Assembly: GCA_002269645.1 (NCBI GenBank)
Contig: NIVC01001246.1
Location: 62,001-126,000 of the forward strand
Direction: 5' to 3'
Source: Macrostomum lignano
Taxonomy: Eukaryota
DNA: 64,000 nt
Below, one piece after another: positions 50,137-62,100 of this stretch (positions are counted from its first letter, which is position 1; each line of letters opens with the position of its first letter). Below the pieces are notes generated by a model that ran no database searches, had not been told where the DNA came from, and worked only from the letters and a program-made list of their open reading frames with translations. The position numbers were made by a program, and so were the translations under genes.

Positions 50137-53100
50137 TAGATAGATAGACAGACAAAAACTAAGACAGATACAAGACACTAAGACAGACAGACAGACAGAC
50201 AGATACTAAGGCAGACCGACAGCGGACACTGAGACTGAGGCAAAGACAGGAATAGTTGATATTCAAAAAGAATTCGGTGAAGTTCCTTGAATAATTTCAA
50301 TACCTCGATCCCAACAACAAAACGCAGATGGCATTCGACGCGGCCGTAGCTTCGCCGAGCCGGCGCCGGCAGCCCCAGCCAACTCCGGGCATCGTACACA
50401 TGCGCCGGGTTGAACTAGCCAAATCCGTCATGCACCTGTTGACCTCCCGAGCCAAAGGCAAATGCCCGCATTGCGGCTGCCGCAAGCCCGGCCTGCAGCA
50501 CAAGCACAAGGCTGATGTCTACTTGGCCTCGGCCAGGTCCGGGTACACCGAGTCCCCGATGCTCCGCGCCAGCCGCCTAGCCAGCAATGTCGATGAGCTG
50601 ATCGACACTATTGTCGAAGATAGTCATCATCAGTCGTTGCTACCCGACGATGGCAACGAAAATGCAGTCGAAAATGTCGCTCCGTCGCTTCTAGACGACA
50701 CTTTGACCGCTGTGCTGGCCGAAGCCGCCGCCGAAGCCAAGGCCGCCGAGCCGCTCGACGCTGCGTCGTTGGCGGCGGCCGGCGGAGCGTCGACTGCCGA
50801 CGGTTCGACAGTTGGACACGAGTCGCGAGTCCTGACGCCGCTAGTGCTGCGCGATCACCTGCGCTGCTTGTGGACGGAAGAATGGGAGATCCTCGGCGCC
50901 CTGTTCCCCTGCCTGACAACCGGCCAGTCGCGGGGTCGCCAGTATCCCACCGACCTGTTCTTCCTTGAGGTCATGCCGGTGCCGCCGCCCATTTGCCGGC
51001 CGCCGGGTCACGTGTCGCCGAACAGTCCGCTGATTGAGCATCCGGAGACCTCCAATTTGTCCAGCGTCCTGCGTCGGTCTCTGGATTTGTCAGCGATTGT
51101 GCGGGACTCGCTGTTTGAGGCCTCCCAGCCTGCCAAGTGGCATGCCAGTCACGTGCAGGTTGGTCATCTATCTGCCTGTCTATCTGCCTATCTGCCTAAC
51201 TATTTTCCTGTTTATCTGCCTGTCTATCTGCCCATCTATCTGCCTATTTATCTGCCTATCTATCTGCCTATCTATCTGCCTATTTACTTGCCCATCTATC
51301 TGCCTATTTATCTACCTATCTATCTGCCTGCTTATCTTCCTATCTATCTGTGCAAGCATCCATTTGGCAGGTTATCCAGTTATCTGTGCTACCAATAGTT
51401 TTGTTTATTTAAGAACTGTCAATATAAACTCATCAATTCTGTTCTCTCCCGCCGCAGGCCACGGTGGCTCTGCAGAAGGCTATCAACGCCTGCTACGACA
51501 GCCGACTGTCCGACATTGGTCAGGCTGCCGCGCCCGGACTCAAGCAGCGGTTGGAGAAGAAGGAGGGCCTGCTAAGAATGCACATGATGGGTATTATGAG
51601 AATGGGTTTTATGTGTCTGTTTAATCTACCGATTTAAAGCTAGTATACAATTCATGCTTATATTTCTAACTTGGCTTGATGGGCAGATTATTTTTGTAAC
51701 AGATATAGGCGTTTCTTAGAAAGTCTTATTCTTGTAACAGATAGGGGCGTTTCTTAGAAAGTCTTATTTTTGTAATAGATAGGGAGTTTCTTAGAAAGTC
51801 TTTTTTTGTAACAGATATAGGCGTTTTTTAGAAAGTCTTATTTAGATTTTTACAAGGGATAGGGCCTTTCTTAGAAAGTATTATTTTTGTAACGGATAGA
51901 GGCCCCTCTTAGAAAGTCTTATTTTTGTAACGGATAGAGGCCCCTCTTAGAAAGTCTTATTTTTGTAACGGATAGAGGCCCCTCTTAGAAAGTCTAATTT
52001 TTGTAACGGATAGAGGCCTCTCTTAGAAAGTCTTATTTTTGTAACGGATAGAGGCCCCTCTTAGAAAGTCTTATTTTTGTAACGGATAGGGGCCTCTCTT
52101 AGAAAGTCCTATTTTTGTAACGGATATGGGCCCCTCTTAAAAAGTCTTATTTTTGTAAGGGATAGAGGCGTTTCTTAGAAAGTCTTATTTTTGTAACGGA
52201 TAGAGGCGTTTCTTAGAAAGTCTTATTTTTGTAACGGATAGAGGCGTTTCTTAGAATCTTATCTCGGAACATTTCTAGAAATCGTCTTTTTAAATATGAT
52301 TTTTTAAGGGCCATTCTTTTAGCAAAATGCATAGCTGTTTCTCGGAAATACCCCTTTAAATATAACCTTTCGTAGAAAGCACCTTTTGAAACATAACCAT
52401 TTCTACGAAAATGTATTGTGTACGAGCTAACTACGATTAGTTCTAAGAAACTTGAACAACCACTATAAACCCTGAAACCCTTTTCTTCTAAGATTATTGT
52501 ACTCGTACGATCACTTCTTCTAAGAAACAGCGAAATCCGGTTAAAGAAAAAACATTTCTCAGAAAACGTCCCAGTTGATTTTAACAAAAAACTGTTTCTA
52601 AGAAACTTCCTCATCCATATCAATCTCCTATCCTCACGCGCCGCAGGCAAGCGCGTGAATTTCGCCTGCCGCTCCGTGATCTCACCGGATCCGCTGATGC
52701 GAGTTGATGAAGTCGGCATTCCGGCCGTGTTCGCCCGCCGGCTCAGCTTCCCCGAAGAGGTCACCCCGTTTAATATCGATCGCCTCCGACGCATGGTTGC
52801 CAACGGACCGGACCGACATCCGGGTGCCAATGCCATTGTTAAGCCCGATGGCAGCGTCGTGCCGCTGACTCATTGTTCAAGAAAACTGCGAGCCGCTTTG
52901 GCTAGCGACCTGCGGCCTAGCCAGGGCAGGACGGGGCCTTGGACTGTGCTGAGGCACCTGTGCGATACCGACTATTTGATTATGAATAGGCAGCCCACCT
53001 TGCATAGGCCTAGTATGCAGGGTCACAAGGTTCGCGTGTTGCCTAATCCGCCTAAGTGAGTTTTTTGTCTGCAGTTTTTCCTTTGTTTCTTCGCCAGGTT

Positions 53101-56100
53101 CTAGAAATTCTTTCTGAGTGTTTTTAGTGTCTTGGGTGCAATCTGGGTGTGTATTGTGTAAGCTGGTGTCTATGGCGTAATCTGGGTGTCTATGGCGTGA
53201 TCTGGGTGTCTATGGTGTAAGCTGGGTGTCTATGGCGTAAGCTGGGTGTCTATGGCGTAAGCTGGGTGTCTATGGCGTAAGCTGGGTGTCTATGGTGTAA
53301 GCTGGGTGTCTATGGTGTAATCTGGTGTCTATGGCGTAAGCTGGGTGTCTATGGTGTAATCTGGTGTCTATGGTGTAATCTGGGTGTCTAATGTGTAATC
53401 TGGGTTTCTAATATGTAATATGGGTGTCTATTGTGTATTGTGTAATATGTTTTGCGGTGTGTACTCTAGTTATCTGTATTGTGTAATATTGATGGCTTTA
53501 GCATCATCTGATTGTCTGCAATGCAAAACCTGACTGTCTGTAATGCAACACCTGACTGTCTGTAATGCAACACATGACTGTCTGTAATGCAACACCTGAC
53601 TGTCTGTAATGCAACACCTGACTGTCTGTAATGCAACACCTGACTGTCTGTAATGCAACACCTGACTGTCTGTAATGCAACACCTGACTGTCTGTAATGC
53701 AACACCTGATGGCTTATTCAAACTGCCTCTGGTATCCAACAGAAGCCGCCCGCTCCGCACAATCCGCCTGCACTATTCGGCATGCAAAGCTTACAACGCC
53801 GATTTCGATGGTGACGAAATGAACGGCCACTGCGTTCAGAGCCTGCCAGCCATGGCCGAAGTGAAGCAGCTAATGGCCGCTCCTAATCATTACCTGGCGC
53901 CGAAAGATGGCAGCCCTCTGGGCGGTCTCATTCAGGTAAGTTATGATTGTGCTTTTCACAATGGCTTTCACAATACTTTAGTTTTAATCAATTCGTTCAA
54001 AACGATACTGTGTTTTCTCCCCCAACCCAATCTCAGGATCACGTGATCGCCACAGTGAAGCTCTCCTGGATCAATCGTTTCCTATCTCGCGAAGACTATT
54101 TCCAGCTGGTGTGGGAGGGCCTCGACGCTTTAGAGACGCCGCGACAGTCGGCGATTAAAACTCTGCCGCCAACTATTTATCGAATCCGGCACAGTAGGAA
54201 AGGTCGGCGTCGGGTTCAGTGTCTGTGGACTGGGAAACAGGTTAGTTGAGATGTTTCACTTCTTGCTATTCAGTCTACCCGATGCTGTAGTAGATTGTTA
54301 TCCACTCTACCCGATGCTGTAGTATATTGTTATCCACTCTAACTAATGCTGTAGTAGATTGCTATGCACTCTACCCGATGCTGCAGTAGATTGCTATCCA
54401 CTCTAACTAATGCTGTAGTAGATTGCTATCCACTCTACCCGATGCTGTAGTAGATTGTTATCCACTCTAACTAATGCTGTAGTAGATTGCTATTCACTCT
54501 ACCCGATGCTGTAGTAGGTTGTTATCCACTCTACCTAATGCTGTAGTAGATTGTTAAAATTCTACCTTATGCTGTAGTAGATTGCTATTCACTCTACCTG
54601 ATGCTGTAGTAGATTGTTATCCACTCTACCCGATGCTGTAGTAGATTGTTAAAACTCTACCTGATGCTGTAGTAGATTGTTATACACTCTACCTGGTGCT
54701 ATAGTAGTCTACCAGATCATTTAATAGATAAGCACCCAGTTTACCATATCATCTGGTAGATCAGCACCCAGTCTACCAGAGCAGCTAGCAGATCAGCACC
54801 CAGTATACCAGAGCAGCTAGTAGATCGACACCAGGTCATATATCAGTACACACGTGTGCATCTCAATCCATCCTCCATCCATGCAGGTATTCTCCACCAT
54901 ACTTATCAACCTGGTGCCCAATGGCCAGCCACTGCCGAACATCAGCTTACCCGGGCGTCGTATGAAAGCGGAACTGTGGTCCGGCAAGGGCGATCCGACC
55001 TCGCTATCCATGTCTGATGTGGATCTGCTGGTACGCCAGGGCGAGCTGCTCACAGGCATATTGGACAAGGCGCATGTCGGGGCCGCCAGCTACAGCCTGG
55101 TGCACGCTATGCACGAACTGTACGGCCCGCAGACAGCTGCCGACCTGCTGTCGGCCATCAGCCGGGTAGCCAATAGCGGACTTAGAAGCGTCGGTTTCAC
55201 GCTGGGCCTAAAAGATCTCATTGTTGATCCGAGCGCGGACAGGAGGCGTAGGAGAGTGTTCAGCAAAGTTGACAGGGAAGGCGTGAAAGCTGCCCGGGCC
55301 GCTATGGGCATTGCGCCAGAGCTGCTGACTCCCGCCAGTCTGAAGTCCGCTCTGCGTGCTGCTCACTTTGATCCGGTGGAGGGCGCCAGGAAGCAGGTGG
55401 GGGTTTGCGGTGTTTGGCCTGCGATTGTGTGTCTTGACATGTATAACTGTGTCTGTCTGGGTGTGTCTGTCTGACTGTGTCTGTCTGACTGTGTCTGTCT
55501 GGCTGTGTCTGTCTGACTGTGTCTGTCTGACTGTGTCTGTCTGACTGTGTCTGGTTGTCTGTGTCTGTCTGGCTGTGTCTGTCTGACTGTGTCTGTCTGA
55601 CTGTGTCTGTCTGACTGTGTCTGGTTGTCTGTGTCTGTCTGACTGTGTCTGTCTGGCTGTGTCTGTCTGACTGTGTCTGTCTGGCTGTGTCTGTCTGACT
55701 GTGTCTGTCTGACTGTGTCTGGTTGTCTGTGTCTGTCTGACTGTGTCTGTCTGGCTGTGTCTGTCTGACTGTGTCTGTCTGACTGTGTCTGGTTGTCTGT
55801 GTCTGTCTGACTGTGTCTGTCTGGCTGTGTCTGTCTGACTGTGTCTGTCTGATTGTGTCTGTCTGGCTGTGTCTGTCTGACTGTGTCTGTCTGGCTGTGT
55901 CTGTCTGACTGTGTCTGTCTGACTGTCTGGTTGACTGTGTCTGTATGATTGTGTCTGGTTGACTGTGTCTGGTTGACTGTGTCTGGTTGTCTGTGTCTGT
56001 CTGGCTGTGTCTGTCTGGCTGTGTCTGTCTGACTGTGTCTGGTTGTCTGTGTCTGGTTGTCTGTGTCTGGTTGTCTGTGTCTGTCTGACTGTGTCTGGTT

Positions 56101-59100
56101 GTCTGTGTTTGTCTGACTGTGTCTGTCTGACTGTCTGGTTGTCTGTGTCTGTCTGACTGTGTCTGTCTGACTGTGTCTGTCTGACTGTGTTTGTCTGGCT
56201 GTGTCTGTCTGGCTGTGTCTGTCTGACTGTCTGTCTGGTTGACTGTGTCTGTCTAACTGTGTTTGTCTGACTGTGTCTGTCTGGCTGTGTCTGTCTGGCT
56301 GTGTCTGGTTGACTGTGTCTGTCTGGCTGTGTCTGTCTGGCTGTGTCTGGTTGACTGTCTGTCTGACTGTGTCTGTCTGGCTGTGTCTGTCTGGCTGTGT
56401 CTGTCTGGCTGTGTCTGTCTGACTGTCTGGTTGACTGTGTCTGTCTAACTGTGTCTGTCTGACTGTGTCCGTCTGACTGTGTCTGTCTGACTGTGTCTGT
56501 CTGACTGTGTCTGGTTGACTGTGTCTGTCTGACTGTGTCTGTATGACTGTCTGTCTGACTGTTTGTATAACTGTCTGATTGACTTTAAGACTGTGTCTAT
56601 CTGTGTCTGGTTGACTGTGTCTCTGTTTCTCTTATTGCGTGCCTGTCTGCCTGCCTGCCTGCTTACCTCCCGTTAATAAAGCGCCTGAATCTCCCACACA
56701 GATGGAACTGGACGCCACGGTGACCTCCAGAGTGAAGTCGCTGCAAGACCGCGTGTGCGAGGAGCTGATGCCCGGCCGCCTGATGGTCCCGTTCCCGGCC
56801 AACAACCTGCAGCTGATGATCCACTCCGGCGCCAAAGGCAGCCAAGTGAACGCCCAGCAAATGTCCGTAGCTCTGGGCCAAATCGAAATCGAAGGCCGTC
56901 GAATGGCGCCAACTTTGTCCGGTCGAACCTTGCCGTCGTTTCCAGCGTACGACACGCATCCACGAGCTGGCGGTTTCTGCTCCGCCAGATTCCTCACCGG
57001 CCTGCCGCCGCAGGAGTTGTTCTTCCACACAATGGCAGGTCGGGACGGGCTTATTGATACGGCCGTGAAAACCTCTCGATCCGGCTATCTGCAGCGTAGC
57101 TTAATTAAACACCTGGAAGGCTTGGCGGTGCAGTACGACTTGTCGGTGCGCAACTCCGATGGTAGTATTGTGCAGTTTCTCTACGGCGAAGACGGCTTGG
57201 ACGTGGCTAAGACTCCGTTTCTGCAGCCGGCTCGATTAGATCTGTTTGCAGACAATTGCCAGCTGTTTGCTAATCGGACTGGTCTGGGGGTGAGCTGTCC
57301 TGACTGTTCCTTATGGCGCTTTTTTGTGATCCTAATGGCGCTTTTTTGTGATCCTAGTGGCGCTTCTTTGTGATCCTAATGGCGCTTCTTTGTGATCCTA
57401 ATGGCGCTTCTTTGTGATCCTAATGGGGCTTCTTTGTGATCCTAGTGTCGCTTTTCTGTGATCCTAATGTCGCTTCTTTGTGATCCTAATGGCGCTTCTT
57501 TATTTTCCTAATGGGGCTTCTTTGTGATCCTTATGGCGCCCCTTTGTGATCCTAATGGCGCTTTTCTGTGATCCTAATGGCGCTTTTCTGTGATCCTAGT
57601 GGCGCTTTTTTGTGATCCTAATGGCGCTTTTCTGTGATCCTAATGGCGCTTTTCTGTGATCCTAGTGGCGCTTCTTTGTGATCCTATTGGCGCCTCTTTG
57701 TGATCCTAGTGTCGCTTCTTTGTGGTACTAATGGCTCTTCTTTATTATCCTAATGGCGCTTCTTTGTGATCCTAATGGCGCTTCTTTGTGATCCTAATGG
57801 CTCTTCTTTGTGATCCTAATGGCTCTTCTTTATTATCCTAATGGCGCTTCTTTGTGATCCTAATGGCTCTTCTTTATTATCCTAATGGCTCTTCTTTGTG
57901 ATCCTAATGGCGCTTCTTTATTATCCTAATGGCTCTTCTTTGTGATCCTAATAGCTCTTCTTTATTATCCTAATGGCGCTTCTTTATTATCCTAATGGCG
58001 CTTCTTTATTATCCTAATGGCGCTTCTTTGTGATCCTAATAGCTCTTCTTTATTATCCTAATGGCGCTTCTTTGTGATCCTAATGGCTCTTCTTTATTAT
58101 CCTAATGGCGCTTCTTTGTGATCCTAATGGCTCTTAATTTTGATCCTAATGGCGCTTCTTTGTGATCCTAATGGATCTTTATTATCCTAATGGCACTTCT
58201 TTGTGATCCTAATGGCTCTTCTTTATTATCCTAATGGCGCTTCTCTGTGATCCTAATGGCTCTTCTTTATTATCCTAATGGCGCTTCTTTGTGATCCTAA
58301 TGGCGCTTCTTTATTATCCTAATAGCGCTTCTTTGTGATCCTAATGGCGCTTCTTTGTGGTACTAATGGCGCTTCTTTGTGATCCTAATGGCTCTTCTTT
58401 ATTATCCTAATGGCGCTTCTTTGTGATCCTAATGGCTCTTCTTTGTGATCCTAATGGCGCTTCTTTGTGATCCTAATGGCGCTTCTTTGTGATCCTAATG
58501 GCGCTTCTTTGTGATCCTAATGGCGCTTCTTTGTTGTACTAATGGCTCTTCTTTGTGATCCTAATGGCTCTTCTTTATTATCCTAATGGCGCTTCTTTGT
58601 GATCCTAATGGCTCTTCTTTATTATCCTAATGGCTCTTCTTTGTGATCCTAATGGCGCTTCTTTATTATCCTAATGGCGCTTCTTTGTGATCCTAATGGC
58701 GCTTCTTTGTGGTACTAATGGCTCTTCTTTGTGATCCTAATAGCTCTTCTTTATTATCCTAATGGCGCTTCTTTGTGATCCTAATGGCGCTTCTTTGTGG
58801 TACTAATGGCTCTTCTTTGTGATCCTAATAGCTCTTCTTTATTATCCTAATGGCGCTTCTTTGTGATCCTAATGGCGCTTCTTTGTGGTACTAATGGCTC
58901 TTCTTTGTGATCCTAATGGCTCTTCTTTATTATCCTAATGGCGCTTCTTTGTGATCCTAATGGCGCTTCTTTGTGATCCTAATGGCTCTTCTTTATTATC
59001 CTAATGGCGCTTCTTTGTGATCCTAATGGCTCTTAATTTTGATCCTAATGGCGCTTCTTTGTGATCCTAATGGATCTTTATTATCCTAATGGCACTTCTT

Positions 59101-62100
59101 TGTGATCCTAATGGCTCTTCTTTATTATCCTAATGGCGCTTCTCTGTGATCCTAATGGCTCTTCTTTATTATCCTAATGGCGCTTCTTTGTGATCCTAAT
59201 GGCTCTTAATTTTGATCCTGATGGCGCTTCTTTGTGATCCTAATGGCTCTTCTTTGTGATCCTAATGGCGCTTCTTTATTATCCTAATGGCTCTTCTTTG
59301 TGATCCTAATGACTCTTCTTTATTATCCTAATGGCTCTTCTTTGTGATCCTAATGGCTCTTCTTTGTGATCCTAATGGCGCTTCTCTGTGATCCTAATGG
59401 CGCTTCTTTGCTATCCTAATGGCTCTTCTTTGTGATCCTAATGGCGCTTCTTTGTGATCCTAATAGCTCTTCTTTGTGATCCTAATGGCGCTTCTTTATG
59501 ATCCTAATGGCTCTTAATTTTGATCCTAATGGCTCTTAATTTTGATCCAAATGGCGCTTAATTTTGATCCTAATGGCGCTTCTTTGTGATCCTAATGGCT
59601 CTTCTTCATTATCCTAATGGCGCTTCTTTGTGATCCTAATAGCTCTTCTTTGTGATCCTAATGGCGCTTCTTTATGATCCTAATGGCTCTTAATTTTGAT
59701 CCTAATGGCTCTTAATTTTGATCCAAATGGCGCTTAATTTTGATCCTAATGGCGCTTCTTTGTGATCCTAATGGCTCTTGTTTGTTATCCTAATGGCGCT
59801 TCTTTTTGATCCTAATGGCTCTTCTTTGTGATCCTAATGGCTCTTCTTTATTATCCTAATGGCGCTTCTTTGTGATCCTAATGGCTCTTCTTTATTATCC
59901 TAATAGCGCTTCTTTGCTATCCTAATGGCTCTTCTTTGTGATCCTAATGGCTCTTCTTTATTATCCTAATGGCGCTTCTTTGTGATCCTAATAGCTCTTC
60001 TTTGTGATCCTAATGGCGCTTCTTTATGATCGTAATGGCTCTTAATTTTGATCCTAATGGCTCTTAATTTTGATCCAAATGGCGCTTAATTTTGATCCTA
60101 ATATAGGGGTCGGCAAACCTTTTTATCTACTTGCGGTCAGAGGTGGGGAGAAAGAGAGAGAAATAAGGAAGATAAGATCTCCACCCTCTAGCTGCTGCTT
60201 AAACAAATTTCTTCCCAATTAATATTATCATCTTCATAATTCCTAACCCACCGCAGACCAAACTCGAAGCCGACCAAGAAGATCCCACCGATTGGTTCGG
60301 CGTCAATCCCAATTATAACAATTCCAAATCGTTGCGACGTGACTGGCGCCTGGCCCGGCGCGAGACCCGATTGAGCACCAGAGAGTCTCGCATCGCCGAG
60401 GTTCTGCAGCTTGACGCCGAAGATGACAACCAGTACTACAGTGTCCGGCGGTCTACCGCCTGTCCGGTGCTGTCCAAGCATCCGCCTCATCTGGTGCTGG
60501 GCTCGGTGTCCGAGTCCTACCGCGACACCGTGCTCAAATATGCCGAGAAAAGATTCACGGATGCCGATCAGAGCAGCACCGCTGAACAGTTTCAACGCCT
60601 GATGTGGCACCGGGCTCGAGCTTCGCTAGTCGATCCGGGCGAATGCGTCGGCCTGCTGGCATCACAGAGTATCGGCGAGCCATCAACTCAGATGACGTTG
60701 AATACGTTTCATTTTGCTGGCCGCGGCGAGGTCAACGTGACGCTTGGTAATTTGTGTTTCTAAGAAGGCACAGAGAGTGTACAAGCCAGGGCCGATGTAC
60801 ATGTACACCCTGTGTGAGCCTGCGTTGTCTGCTCCCCGTTGAAAACGTGACAAGACTCTTTTAAGTCTTGGTCGGCTCTTTCGCTATTCTACAACTTCCA
60901 CTTAGCGACTCCTATTGCGGTAAAAAAAACTTGTTCAATACTCCCAATCTCTACAGGTATACCTAGACTACGAGAAGTGCTCATGACCGGCTCGGAGACA
61001 ATTAAAACTCCTCTAATGGTGCTCAAAGTATTGCCGCACGTGCCCGACTCGCCAGAGCTTAGCCATCGATTGGAGCAGCTTATTCGGCGGTTTAACAAGG
61101 TTCTACTTGGCGAATTACTGCAACAGATCAGCGCCACTCATCTGCACATGCAGCGGGCGCTTAAATTCACTTTTCAATTTAAACGCCGATCAGCCTATAA
61201 AGCCAAAACTTTTCTGCGGCCTGAACAGGTTTGAAATTTTATTACTATTCAACAAAAGTTCCACTTCCGGTTCGATAAAATATAGTTTCTATTTCTTTAC
61301 AACTTCGAATTCTTATCCACTAGTCCCTTCTGATCCGCTACTGATTACACTTCCGGTCCGCTAATACAGATTACACTTCCGGTAGGCTAATGCAGATTAC
61401 ACTTCCGGTCTGCTAATGACGTAGATTACACTTCCGATCCGCTAATATAGATTACACTTCCGGTGCGCTAATGCAGATTACACTTCCGGTGCGCTAATGT
61501 ATATTACACTTCCGGTCCGCTAATATAGATTACACTTCCGGTCCGCTAATATAGATTACACTTCCGGTCCGCTAATATAGATTACACTTCCGGTCCGCTA
61601 ATGCAGATTACACTCCGGTCCGCTAATATAGATTGCACTTCCGGTCCGCTAATGCAGATTACACTTCCGGTCCGCTAATATAGATTACACTTCCGGTCCG
61701 CTAATGCAGATTGTACCTCCGGTCCGATAATTCAGATTGCACTTCTAATCCGATACTGATTTGACTTGCGGTTCGCTAATAATTACTCACTTCTGATATC
61801 CTACAAACCGCCCCTCCCAATATTCCATTTGTTTTCAGGCCATGCGCTTTATCGAAACGAAATTCCTGCCTCGTCTAGCCAAAGAAATCGAAGTCCGCGT
61901 CAAAGAACGCGTCTCCGAGTCCGTGCTCCGAGCTCTGGCCAATGCGACCTCCGACATTGTCGGCGGGGGCGGCGGTGGCGGAGTCGCTGACGACATGATG
62001 GACGACGTTGACCGTCGACACGGCAACGGCAACAACAAGACTGAAGCCGAGGACGAAGACTATCGCGAATTCGAAGCCGAGGACGCCGAGCGATCTGAGC

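Noticed and set aside
60105-60130. taggggtcggcaaaccttt resembling a hAT terminus
   Set aside because: No matching opposite end or TSD found.
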